A model generated the notes under the pieces. The model saw only the letters and a list, made by a program, of their open reading frames with translations. It was not told the DNA's origin and made no database searches. 64,000 nt of DNA. Origin: an uncultured delta proteobacterium. Its GTDB lineage: Bacteria > Desulfobacterota > Desulfobacteria > Desulfobacterales > QNYZ01. Within the stretch, counting starts at the first letter, position 1, and every line of letters starts with the position of its first letter. The translations under genes and the position numbers were made by a program. The stretch covers positions 1,120,001-1,184,000 of the forward strand of contig CAWJQU010000005.1 of assembly GCA_963845145.1 (NCBI GenBank), in the 5' to 3' direction. Shown piece after piece: positions 30,775-40,395 of this stretch.

Positions 30775-31668
30775 CTAGTCACGTAGCGATATTTCGCGTA
30801 GACCGTCTGCAAGCAGATTGAACCCAAGGATCAACGACGAAATGGCGATGCACGGATAGAGCGTCATGTGCGGAAAAGCCATGGCCATCTGCCGAGTCTC
30901 GTTGACCATGCCGCCCCAATCAGGGTCCGGTGGCGGCAGGCCCAGACCGAGAAAACCGAGCACACCGATGGTGATAATCACATAACCTAGACGCAGGCAG
31001 GCATCCACAATCAGGGGCCCACGCGCATTGGGCAAGATCTCAACCAGCATCACGCGCCAGTCTGATTCGCCTCTTGTCTGTGCCGCAGCGACATAATCGC
31101 GATTACGAAGATCCAGTACCAGACCACGGACAATCCGCATAATACCCGGCGAGGAGGCAAAAGTGATGGCGATGATGATGTTCATTCCTGATGCGCCGAT
31201 GGTGGCGATGATGATGATATACAAAACCAGTACCGGAAAGGATAGAATGATATCCGCCAAACGGGACAGGACATCATCCACCCAGCCGCCGCGATACCCG
31301 GCCGCAAGTCCCATCAGAATACCTAACGTGTAGGCGCAAAGGGTTGCCAGGGGCGCATAGATTAATACTGTACGGGAACCCCAAATAATGCGGGAGAGGA
31401 TATCCCGCCCGATATGATCGGTGCCGAGCCAGAAGGTTCCACCGCCCTTGATCGCCGCCATACCGGGTTTGGCAAACGGCTGGATAGACGAGTTGGGATC
31501 AAACGGTGCGATCAGTGGCGCCAGGATCGCGATCAGCACCCAGAATATCACGAGAAAAGCCCCCACCATACCGACCCAGCTCTCCCGCAGCAAAGCAAAC
31601 GATTTAAAACCTCGCAGGAATGCTGCACCATATCCGGCTTTGGGCATTTCTGTCGTTGATGTCGTCAT
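30775..31668 (-). CDS. Peptide ABC transporter permease (DppC-like)
   Basis: 'LGTDHIGRDILSR', 'ILPN', 'FLGLG'. Confidence 0.95.
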   Translation of the reverse strand: MTTSTTEMPKAGYGAAFLRGFKSFALLRESWVGMVGAFLVIFWVLIAILAPLIAPFDPNSSIQPFAKPGMAAIKGGGTFWLGTDHIGRDILSRIIWGSRTVLIYAPLATLCAYTLGILMGLAAGYRGGWVDDVLSRLADIILSFPVLVLYIIIIATIGASGMNIIIAITFASSPGIMRIVRGLVLDLRNRDYVAAAQTRGESDWRVMLVEILPNARGPLIVDACLRLGYVIITIGVLGFLGLGLPPPDPDWGGMVNETRQMAMAFPHMTLYPCIAISSLILGFNLLADGLREISLRD

Positions 31669-31683
31669 GAGAATCAAGTCTCC

Positions 31684-32619
31684 TTAGCTGAAACGGATGC
31701 GAGGGTTGAGAAAGGTGTATCCGATATCGGCGATAGTTTGCGTGGTAACGGCCACACAAACGGCCACCATCGCACAGGCCTCCAAAAGGGCGATATCGTT
31801 ATTCAGCGAAGCCTCCAAGATGAGCGCCCCAAATCCTTTATAGGCAAAGAAAAACTCAACGACGATAACCCCGGACAGCAGCCAGTTGATTTGCAGCATG
31901 ATGACCGTGAACGGTGCGATGAGCGCATTACGTAACGCATGCTTTACGATCACCGATTTGTAAGGCAGGCCCTTTAGCACCGCTGTCCTGATATACTGAG
32001 AGGTCATCACCTCGGCCATGGATGCCCGGGTCATGCGGGCCACATAGCCAAAATCATACACGACCAGGACCATCGCCGGTAGAATTAATTGTTTGAACTC
32101 AAATCCACCCGCCATACTGCTGGTGCCCGGCAGCCACTTGAGGCCGAATACAAAGAGGGCCGAGAAAATGACCGCACTGGCAAATTCCGGCACGGAAGTC
32201 GTCAAAATGCCAAACACCGATATGGCACGATCGAGCTTTGAGCCCTCTTTCATCCCGGACAGAACGCCTAACGTCAATGATAACGGAATCATGATGGCGA
32301 ACGTCCAGAATCCCAGGATGGCGGTATTCCACAACCGCGGCAGGAGCACATCAGCAACCGGGCCCTTAAAGCGAATGGACTCGCCCAGGTTGCCGGTCGC
32401 AAAATTTCCCAGCCATTTCACATAACGCAACATGACCGGTTGATTATATCCGTGCTGCTCACGCCATAGCTCCCGCTGTTCTTCGTTTGAAAATTGGCCC
32501 AGGACCCGGGCGGCCGGATCACCCGTGAGATCGGTTTCCAATAGAAAAAAGAGAATTAGCGAAACGACAATCATGGTAAAAACCATAAACCCGAATCGCT
32601 TGACCACCAAGGTGACCAT
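31684..32619 (-). CDS. Peptide ABC transporter permease (DppB-like)
   Basis: 'RMTRASM...YIRTAVLKGL...HALRNA'. Confidence 0.95.
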   Translation of the reverse strand: MVTLVVKRFGFMVFTMIVVSLILFFLLETDLTGDPAARVLGQFSNEEQRELWREQHGYNQPVMLRYVKWLGNFATGNLGESIRFKGPVADVLLPRLWNTAILGFWTFAIMIPLSLTLGVLSGMKEGSKLDRAISVFGILTTSVPEFASAVIFSALFVFGLKWLPGTSSMAGGFEFKQLILPAMVLVVYDFGYVARMTRASMAEVMTSQYIRTAVLKGLPYKSVIVKHALRNALIAPFTVIMLQINWLLSGVIVVEFFFAYKGFGALILEASLNNDIALLEACAMVAVCVAVTTQTIADIGYTFLNPRIRFS

Positions 32620-32714
32620 TATGATGCCTCCTGAGGTGTGGATTTATCCAAGATGAAATTAACGCGCGGAGCGCCGTGGCCGGCACCCCGCACCTAAACG
32701 CAGGCCGTTTACAG

Positions 32715-34415
32715 CTAGGCCAGGGAAACCTTGTGAAAACGGTAGTAGCGGGTAGGATGATTTTCAAAACCGACGACATTTTCACGCACAGCGGTGAATA
32801 CGGAACGAAAGAAGGGCTGCACCATGACGGCGTCATCCTGAAGAAGCTTCTCCACCTTCTCCATCTTGACTTGGCGGCTCTCGATATCCAGGGTCGATTC
32901 CGCCTCGGTTAAGGCGGTATCAAACTCAGGGTTGGCATAGCTGGATTCATTCCACGGCACACCAGTACGGTAGGCTAGACCTAACACCATAACACCAAGC
33001 GGCCGGTGGGTCCAGGACGTGAGGCTCAAGGGGGCCTTGGTCCAGACATCCCAATATTGGGCCATGGGCATAACGTTCATTTTGATGTTAATCCCGGCTT
33101 TAGCCGCATCTTCTTTGAGTACGGCCACGGAGTCCTGCTCCCAAACACCGTCCGTATTTCCCACATTGCAGCTCAATTCGATACCATCCGGATAACCGGC
33201 CTCAGCCAACAGTTTCTTGGCACCTTCGATATCTCGCTTGACTGGCGGCAGGGCAAAGTATTCGGGGTGGATAGTGGCGACATGGTGGTGCTCTGCAACG
33301 ATGCCTAATCCCTGGTGAGCAATATCGAGCTGTCTCTGGGCATCACAAGTTTTCTGTACCGCCTTGCGCACGCGGATATCGTCAAACGGCTTTTCAGTGA
33401 CTTTCATACGAATAACACCGGTCTGGGTCGACGGAATTTCGACAACTTTGATACCCGGAATATTTTTGGCCGCTTCCAGCGTTGTCAGGTCGATATTGTA
33501 GATGAGATCCACCTGCTTTGAAGCGATGGCGGCCAGATAAGCGCCAGCATCTTCCCCCAAATCAATAATACGAATCTCATCCAGAAAGACTTCACCGCCC
33601 CAGTAGGGTGCATCGCGCTTTTTCAACACAGCCAGTTCACCAACCTTGAATTCGGTAAGGGTGTACGGACCGGTTCCCACCGGGTTTTTGGTTAGATCGC
33701 CGCCATCCTTTTCAAAATTACGATGAACGATTCCCGTGGGATAGTTGTAAAGGTTCTCAGGAATCGACAGCACGGGCGAATTCAAATTGAGCTTGACCGT
33801 ATGATCGTCCACTTTCATCACCGCATTTTTACTCATACGCTTTATCGCGTTACCTTTGTCATCCTTTTTACCGGTTTCTTCCAACATGGCATCGAACAGG
33901 CCCAGATTGGATGAACCGGTTTTGGGATCAAGCCAGCGGGTGAAATTGAAAACAACATCATCGGCATTGAAATCATCACCGTTGGACCATTTGACGTCCT
34001 TGCGCAGGTGAAAGGTCCAGGATTTCAGATCGTCGGAGGCTTCCCATTTTTCCGCCAGACTGGGTCGGGTGATATTATCGGGACCGGTTTCCACCAGGTA
34101 CTCGACAATGTGACGGGAAACGATGGATTTCTGGGTCCATGAATAGGTTGCCGGATCGGCCATTTCCTGCACCTGCATGGCGTATTTTAATACGCCGCCT
34201 TTTTTCTGAGCGGCATGCGCTGTGGACACCATATTTGGAAGTAGATTCTTGCCAAGTATCGTTCCCGCCATGCCATAAGCGGCGGTCGCGGACAGGCCCA
34301 GAAGCGTGGTGGTACGTAAAAATTCACGTCGTGAGCATTTGCCGTCGGCAAGCGATTTTTTCATTTTTTCAACACCGGGATGAATTCTTTCACTGGATTG
34401 TTTCTTGTGGGTCAT
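32715..34415 (-). CDS. Family 5 ABC substrate-binding protein with Tat signal
   Basis: 'SRREFLR' twin-arginine motif, 'PSLAEKWE', 'GTGPY'. AAGGAGG RBS. Confidence 0.9.
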   Translation of the reverse strand: MTHKKQSSERIHPGVEKMKKSLADGKCSRREFLRTTTLLGLSATAAYGMAGTILGKNLLPNMVSTAHAAQKKGGVLKYAMQVQEMADPATYSWTQKSIVSRHIVEYLVETGPDNITRPSLAEKWEASDDLKSWTFHLRKDVKWSNGDDFNADDVVFNFTRWLDPKTGSSNLGLFDAMLEETGKKDDKGNAIKRMSKNAVMKVDDHTVKLNLNSPVLSIPENLYNYPTGIVHRNFEKDGGDLTKNPVGTGPYTLTEFKVGELAVLKKRDAPYWGGEVFLDEIRIIDLGEDAGAYLAAIASKQVDLIYNIDLTTLEAAKNIPGIKVVEIPSTQTGVIRMKVTEKPFDDIRVRKAVQKTCDAQRQLDIAHQGLGIVAEHHHVATIHPEYFALPPVKRDIEGAKKLLAEAGYPDGIELSCNVGNTDGVWEQDSVAVLKEDAAKAGINIKMNVMPMAQYWDVWTKAPLSLTSWTHRPLGVMVLGLAYRTGVPWNESSYANPEFDTALTEAESTLDIESRQVKMEKVEKLLQDDAVMVQPFFRSVFTAVRENVVGFENHPTRYYRFHKVSLA

Positions 34416-34442
34416 GGGATTACCTCCTTAAATAAATATCGT

Positions 34443-34742
34443 GTCGGTTGTCGGATGACGACCGACTCGTCTATGGGTAAAGAGCAAGAGTGATGCGCCT
34501 GCCGATGAATACTGAGGATCGATTTAATTCCGGTGAAAAATTAAGAGAACCAGGTCATTAGCTCAAGCGTCTGATTGTATCACGCTTCAAATGCGCAGAA
34601 GGCTTTGCTTATGCCCGCCACCTGGTCACAACGGAAAAAACAATCGATCCTAAATGATCAAAATAAATGATGCAGCTTATGGTAAATCAATGTCCGGCGT
34701 TCATGCCGGTGAGCGGGGGAGCGACTCCATTTGGCCTGCATC
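34443..34742 (-). ncRNA. Candidate structured 5' leader RNA of the ABC/MttB operon
   Basis: Nested inverted repeats 34515-24/34642-51, 34528-32/34632-36, 34549-55/34620-26, 34565-70/34582-87. Second domain 34669-75/34736-42. Hairpin 34443-34466. Confidence 0.4.
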
Positions 34743-34788
34743 GATCACCAAGAGTTAAGGTGAAATTATAATGAAGTATCTTTACTAC

Positions 34789-34817
34789 TCTATAGAAAAC
34801 ATAGGGCAGATTGTCAA
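34789..34817 (-). promoter_or_regulatory. Sigma70-like promoter candidate (TTGACA-17-TATAGA)
   Basis: Minus strand TTGACA at 34817-34812, 17-nt spacer, TATAGA at 34794-34789. Confidence 0.45.
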
Positions 34818-34988
34818 GTCTCCATTTTTAAAGTATCGTTTTATTTACATGTTTTTTCACTTTAGCCGGGCTGATTATTTGGTAAAGTATCTTGCTATCT
34901 TTTGGGTGAAAAAGTAAAGTGATGAACACCTTCATCAGCAAATTTCAATATTTGGATCATCAAACCACGCGGTAAAAACGGGGGTATC

Positions 34989-35774
34989 ATGGATCAGCAT
35001 CGAGACTTAGGAATCAATCATATCAAAGCCCGAAAGAACCATTGCTGTTATGGCATGGGGCTGGGGATCATTATTTTAGATGACGTCTACCCCGGTTTTC
35101 CCGGGGATGTGAGAAACGCCAGTACGTATCCCTATCCGGTTCAATATGAAATCGTGGAGGGCGTTGATATCGAAGCCCTGGTGGTTGCAGAAGACAAGTC
35201 TCCCTGCCTGGAGCCTATCAAAATAGCGGCGGCAAAACTTCAGCGGATGGGTTGTCGGGCCCTGTCGGCCGAGTGCGGCTATTTTGCTTATTTTCAAAAA
35301 GAGATTACCGCCGCCGTGGATGTGCCGGTCTTTATGTCCAGCCTGTTGCAAGTTCCCCTGGCGCAACAGGTCATCGGCCCCGATAAGTTGGTGGGGATTT
35401 ATGTCGGCACTAAAAGCGCCGTGCGAGATGAACATTTAACATCCGTGGGAATCCGGCTGGGCAGCAACTATGTGATCGAAGGTGCCTGTGATAATAATGT
35501 GTGCCGTGAGTTTGTTAATCTCTGGATCGAAGGCAAGCGCCCGGAGCAACCCGAGGCTTACTATGATAAGGCAGGCGATGAATTCGTCGGACACGGCATC
35601 GACTTCTTCAAGCAGAATCCCGATATGGGCGCCATGGTTTTGGAATGCACGGGCTTTCCACCATTTGCCCGTCGATTACAGCAAGAAATCGACATTCCCG
35701 TTTTCAGCTACAGTACCCTGCACGATTTTGCTTACTCTGTAGTCGTGCACAGGGATTTCTATGGACATGTTTGA
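34989..35774 (+). CDS. Asp/Glu/hydantoin racemase superfamily protein
   Basis: 'PGDVRNAST', two-Cys motifs 'AECGYF' and 'LECTGFPP'. Confidence 0.75.
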   Translation: MDQHRDLGINHIKARKNHCCYGMGLGIIILDDVYPGFPGDVRNASTYPYPVQYEIVEGVDIEALVVAEDKSPCLEPIKIAAAKLQRMGCRALSAECGYFAYFQKEITAAVDVPVFMSSLLQVPLAQQVIGPDKLVGIYVGTKSAVRDEHLTSVGIRLGSNYVIEGACDNNVCREFVNLWIEGKRPEQPEAYYDKAGDEFVGHGIDFFKQNPDMGAMVLECTGFPPFARRLQQEIDIPVFSYSTLHDFAYSVVVHRDFYGHV

Positions 35775-35854
35775 TAGGCTCGTAAAAAGGCATCACTTTT
35801 AAAAGATCCAAAGAACAACATCGGAAACCTAAAGATACGATTTAGAATTGGGCG

Positions 35855-36973
35855 TTAGACCACCGACAAGGCCTGCTCCAGGTCTTCGATCAATCGGTCG
35901 ACATCTTCCGTTCCTACGGAAAGGCGCACCAGATTTTCTTTAATCCCCGCCTCGGCCAGGGCCTGGGGCGAAAGGGCCACATGGGTGTTGGTGGCCGGCT
36001 GGTTAGCCAATGTGGTGACCCCGCCAAGGCTGGTTGCAAGTTTAATCAGTTTCAGCTGGTCCATCACATGCTTGGTGCCTTCAAAATCGCTTTTAACAAC
36101 AAAGCTCATCATCCCGCCAAACCCGCGCATTTGCTTTTTGGCAATAGAATGATCCGGATGCGAAGGCAGGCCGGGATAGTAGACGGCCTCTATTTTTTTG
36201 TGATCATGCAGATGTTGCGCAATGGTCATGGCGTTTTGGTTATGCCGCTCTACACGCAGGTCCAGGGTGCTCATTCCCCGCAATGCCAGAAACGCCGACA
36301 TGGGATCCATCACACCACCCAATACCTTCCGTAAATTCCATAAAGCATGAAAGTGGCTCTCATTACAGCAAGCAAATCCGGCCGTGATATCATGATGGCC
36401 GCCGATATATTTGGTGGCGCTGTGAATGGTCACATCAACACCCCAATCCAGGGGTCGTTGATTGACGGGGGAGGCAAAGGTCGAATCGAGGATCACCGTT
36501 GCCCCCTTTTTGTGGGCGTGTTCGGCCAAGTCAGCCACGTCAACCACACGAAGCAGCGGATTGGTGGGGGTTTCCAGGTAGACGAGATCCACGCCTTTTT
36601 CAATTTGAGCGTGAATGCCAGCTATTTCATCGCATCCGACCGCCATCACATCGATACCCAGGGTGGGTAAAAAAGTGAACAAGAATTCATGGGTGCCGCC
36701 ATACACTTCCCGCATACCGATGATTCGGCTCTCTTTTTGTGTGAATGCCAGAATGGAATTGGTGATGGCGGCCATGCCCGAGCCAAATCCCACGGCATGA
36801 TCGTAGCCTTCCAAGGCAGCCAGTTTCTTTTCCGCTTCCACGACCGTGGGGTTGTCCCAACGGGAATAGATAAATCCTGATCGATTTTGAACCACATCGA
36901 TAAGATCGTCTGAAGTATCGAATTTGTAAGTGGCCGTCATATAAATGGGGTGAACAACCGGTTTGCTTTTCAT
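35855..36973 (-). CDS. PLP-dependent Cys/Met metabolism enzyme (cystathionine gamma-lyase/synthase or methionine gamma-lyase family)
   Basis: 'YSRWDNPT', 'SGMAAI', 'ETPTNP', 'DSTFASP', 'HSATKYIGGH', 'SLGG', 'RLSVG'. Confidence 0.9.
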   Translation of the reverse strand: MKSKPVVHPIYMTATYKFDTSDDLIDVVQNRSGFIYSRWDNPTVVEAEKKLAALEGYDHAVGFGSGMAAITNSILAFTQKESRIIGMREVYGGTHEFLFTFLPTLGIDVMAVGCDEIAGIHAQIEKGVDLVYLETPTNPLLRVVDVADLAEHAHKKGATVILDSTFASPVNQRPLDWGVDVTIHSATKYIGGHHDITAGFACCNESHFHALWNLRKVLGGVMDPMSAFLALRGMSTLDLRVERHNQNAMTIAQHLHDHKKIEAVYYPGLPSHPDHSIAKKQMRGFGGMMSFVVKSDFEGTKHVMDQLKLIKLATSLGGVTTLANQPATNTHVALSPQALAEAGIKENLVRLSVGTEDVDRLIEDLEQALSVV

Positions 36974-37000
36974 AACGCCCTTTCGCTATTGGATGCGTCC

Positions 37001-38248
37001 TTATTGGACCTGCTTCGATTTGACAACTACTCCTTTATGTACAACCTGTCGGCAAGGATTAAACCCGAGGCCATAGGCCAGTTCGGCAGGGTCATCGATA
37101 TCCCAGATCACAAAATCAGCCTCTTTTCCCGGTGTAAGCGTTCCGACTTTTTCGTGAATTCCCAGCGCCCGGGCCCCATGGCGGGTCACGCCGGCCAAGG
37201 CTTCTTCAGGGGTCAATTGAAACAGAACACAGGCCATATTGACCATGGCCAACAGCGACCCCACCGGGCTGGATCCCGGATTGCAATCCGAGGCAATGGC
37301 CATGGGCACCCGGTACCGGCGAAGCAGATCGATGGGTGGCCGCCGGGTTTCCCGTAAGTAGTAAAAGGCGCCGGGAAGAAGTACAGCCACAGTCCCGGCT
37401 TCGGCCATGGCGCGAACCCCCGCTTCGGAAAGGTACTCGAGGTGATCAGCCGATAGCGCCCCATATTTCGCCCCCAGCGCCGCCCCGCCCATGTCGGATA
37501 GCTGTTCAGCATGAATTTTGACCGGTAAACCGTGTTGCCGGGCAGCTTTAAATACTTTTTCGGTTTGGTTGCGGGTAAACCCAATCGTTTCGCAAAATGC
37601 GTCCACCGCAACCGCCAGGCCTTCGGCCACGACTTGGGGTAGGACCTCGCCACAGACAAAATCGATATAGTCCTTGGGACGGTTATGAAATTCGGGCGGC
37701 AGGGCGTGGGCCCCCAGATAGGTCGGCATTATCGTAACGGGAAGCATGTCACCCAGTGCTTTAGCCACACGCAACATCCGCAGTTCGGTAGCCAGGTCGA
37801 GACCGTACCCGGATTTGATTTCAATCGTCGTCACTCCCGTTTGCATCAGAGACTTTAGTCGTGGCAGGCTTTGCCGGACCAACCCCGCTTCATCGCTTTG
37901 ACGCGTGGCCGCCACGGTGGATTGAATTCCCCCACCGGCACGAGCGATCTCTTCGTAGGAGACACCCTGCAGCCTTTTCTCGAACTCTCCGGCGCGATTG
38001 CCGCCGTAGACCAGATGGGTATGGCAATCGATGAGCCCCGGCGTGATCCACCGCCCCTTTACGTCATTTATTTGTATCGCATTTTCTTTTAATTCCGCCG
38101 GTAGTAGCTGGGTCTCTCCTACCCAGGCAATGATACCATCCGCCACGACCAGCGCACCATTGTTGATTCGACCATAGGGTCGATCGTCGTTCATGGTGGC
38201 CATGTTGGCGTTAATCCATAAGGCCACTTTTTTTTGTCTAAGGTCCAT
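37001..38248 (-). CDS. hutI: Imidazolonepropionase
   Basis: 'PGLIDCHTH', 'EIKSGYGL', 'HAEQL', 'SADHLE', 'DCNPG'. Confidence 0.95.
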   Translation of the reverse strand: MDLRQKKVALWINANMATMNDDRPYGRINNGALVVADGIIAWVGETQLLPAELKENAIQINDVKGRWITPGLIDCHTHLVYGGNRAGEFEKRLQGVSYEEIARAGGGIQSTVAATRQSDEAGLVRQSLPRLKSLMQTGVTTIEIKSGYGLDLATELRMLRVAKALGDMLPVTIMPTYLGAHALPPEFHNRPKDYIDFVCGEVLPQVVAEGLAVAVDAFCETIGFTRNQTEKVFKAARQHGLPVKIHAEQLSDMGGAALGAKYGALSADHLEYLSEAGVRAMAEAGTVAVLLPGAFYYLRETRRPPIDLLRRYRVPMAIASDCNPGSSPVGSLLAMVNMACVLFQLTPEEALAGVTRHGARALGIHEKVGTLTPGKEADFVIWDIDDPAELAYGLGFNPCRQVVHKGVVVKSKQVQ

Positions 38249-38249
38249 T

Positions 38250-39341
38250 TCACCCCTGATGGTTTTTGCCAAAATCGGTCACCGCCTTCTTTAGCATAAA
38301 CAGATTATATGGCGGCACATTGGGCGGAATACCGCAGCCGGGCATAAGGATATAACCCTGAGGGGCCTCGCTTCCTTGGGCCAGCGCAGCGCGGCACAAA
38401 TGATACACCGTATCAGGCTCACCCAGATGAATAACCCCCGGCTCGATGTTTCCGGCAACAATACAACTCCGGCCGAAATGCGCAATCGCCGTGGTGATAT
38501 CCACCTCATGACCAAAACTGACGATTCCCGGATCGCCCATGGGCACCTGCTGCCAAAGGGGTAAATTTTTATTCTGCTCACCGCAGATATGACAATAGAT
38601 ATGGTAGACACCCGCAGCCAGCGCCTTTTCGTGCAATTCAATCTGGTAAGGCAGGACAAATTTTTCAAACAGGTGCGGCGATATCATTTGGTTGGAAGCC
38701 GTGGGTGCGGCTACATAGATCAGCATATCCGCTTTGGGGAAGGTTTTAACAAACAACCGCACCACAGCCACACTATAATCCGTTGCCAGGCGCAATAGAT
38801 GGTGCACAAGTTCGGGGCGCTTTATCATCCAGCGCATCAGAAGTTCCGGGCCGCAGAGGCTGCGGGCGCCTTCGATGGGAGACGTGATAAAGGGAAAAAC
38901 CGGAAACCCATGTGCATGCTGCAGCCGGGCAAAAGCAAGATACATCGGCAACGGACCGGCCTTGGCGATATCATTCGGTAAGGTGAGGGCCGCCGCTTCC
39001 GCTTCTGTATTTGCAGGATGACGGGTGGCCGTGGGCGCCATGTCGAATTCGCCGGTGGGCCATTTGAGGTCACCCCCGAAAGCCCAGGTCACATCCGATG
39101 CCCCTCCCACGGCCATGCGGGGAATCCCATCCTCGCCGTACATGGCAATGGTTTTCATCTGTGCATCAAAGCTTTTGCGGGGATCGTTATAGGCGGTGAC
39201 GGCGGGTAGCCCGACATTTTGAACGGCGAAAGACGGCACCGCCCCCCATAACCAGACTAAAGGGAGATGGGTGTCTTTCCCGGACAACAACCGCCTGAAC
39301 CGTTTTCCGATTTCTCCGGTTTCCATGGCGTGTTGCGTCAT
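38250..39341 (-). CDS. MtaA/CmuA (UroD-fold) methylcobamide methyltransferase, Cys form
   Basis: 'HICG' Zn motif, 'VAGNI', C-terminal '[10 protein letters not shown]'. Confidence 0.85.
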   Translation of the reverse strand: MTQHAMETGEIGKRFRRLLSGKDTHLPLVWLWGAVPSFAVQNVGLPAVTAYNDPRKSFDAQMKTIAMYGEDGIPRMAVGGASDVTWAFGGDLKWPTGEFDMAPTATRHPANTEAEAAALTLPNDIAKAGPLPMYLAFARLQHAHGFPVFPFITSPIEGARSLCGPELLMRWMIKRPELVHHLLRLATDYSVAVVRLFVKTFPKADMLIYVAAPTASNQMISPHLFEKFVLPYQIELHEKALAAGVYHIYCHICGEQNKNLPLWQQVPMGDPGIVSFGHEVDITTAIAHFGRSCIVAGNIEPGVIHLGEPDTVYHLCRAALAQGSEAPQGYILMPGCGIPPNVPPYNLFMLKKAVTDFGKNHQG

Positions 39342-39349
39342 GCGGGTCC

Positions 39350-40381
39350 TTATGTTTCAGGATAGGGTGAAAAATTTTCCATAAACCAAGCCCTCGCCTC
39401 GAAAGCCTGGAGAAGGTGTTCCGCCGGAACACCGTAAGGGATATCTCAGCCGGGGGCAAATGTATAACCACGGGTTCCGCCTGCGGCCAGGCTGATCAGG
39501 GCATCTTCTTTAGGTGAGATCATACCCAACATCAGGCTGGTGGTCAATTTCAGATTGCCCCCAAACCCCTTACCGTATTTGTAGGCCAAGTCCCGAACAT
39601 ATCCCAGATTCATCTGTTCGTCGATGGCAAAACCGTGGGTCGGCACCTTGCACACCTCTTCCAACACCTTGTTACAGTTGCCACAGATGAAAAAGGAAGA
39701 TGTGCGGTCAGCACTATGGATGGCATCAATGGCCGGCTGACAGTTAGGGGTGACGAATTCGGCAAACGTCTGGGGCCGAATCTGGGACGCCACCGGGTCG
39801 ACGATGGCGATGATATCGCATCCCATTTCTGCGTAATACCGGGCCGCCTGGCCGCCCACCTCGCCGGCGAATTTCAAAATTTCGTGGGCAAACGCTTTTT
39901 TTCGCAACAGGGCTGTAAAAATCTGGGGCCCGGCCAAATGGGCCGCCAGTGTCAATGGACCGCAGAGCAGTCCCAGCATGGCGCAATCCAATTCTTCCAG
40001 CTGTGGTTTGGCCAATTTGGCGGCTTCAAATAATATCGGCCACCGGCCATGATCAGCCGAGGGGAGTACCAGGCTCGCTTCTACCGGCGTCTTATTTTCA
40101 CAAGGGTGAGTCGTGACTGACGGTACGTTGTCTTCCCAGTAGGTCACCTCGCAACCCATGCTCTCCGCCTCAAGGGAAAGGTCAAACAGAAGGGGAATGC
40201 CGTCGGCATGATAATGGCGGGCGGCATAAACCACGCCCTTGGCCAGCAGGGCGGAATCTTTCAAAAAGGCGTCCGCCGGCTGTTTGATGAGGGAAGCACA
40301 ATGGACCCCGGCGTAGGGCAACCAGGGCGCCACCTTCGTTGTTTTACCACGGGTGGCATCAATGAGCATCTGTTTGGCCAT
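39350..40381 (-). CDS. MtaA/CmuA (UroD-fold) methyltransferase, probable selenoprotein (TGA at 39448-39446 read as Sec)
   Basis: ...YTFAPG-TGA-DIPYGVPAEHLLQAFEARAWFMENFSPYPET-TAA (39350). TGA sits at the conserved PG-C-D/G-IP Cys. Read-through ends 8 nt before the next ATG. Confidence 0.85.
39415..39433 (-). promoter_or_regulatory. Candidate bacterial SECIS element
   Basis: Perfect 8-bp stem GGUGUUCC-GGC-GGAACACC starting 12 nt after the in-frame UGA, with a G-starting loop. Confidence 0.75.
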
Positions 40382-40395
40382 AATCGACTCTTTTC

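Noticed and set aside
34700..34745. GGGGAGCGAC resembling part of a ZTP (pfl) riboswitch
   Set aside because: The upstream GUGACUGG element and the 3' CGCCUGGG pseudoknot partner are absent.
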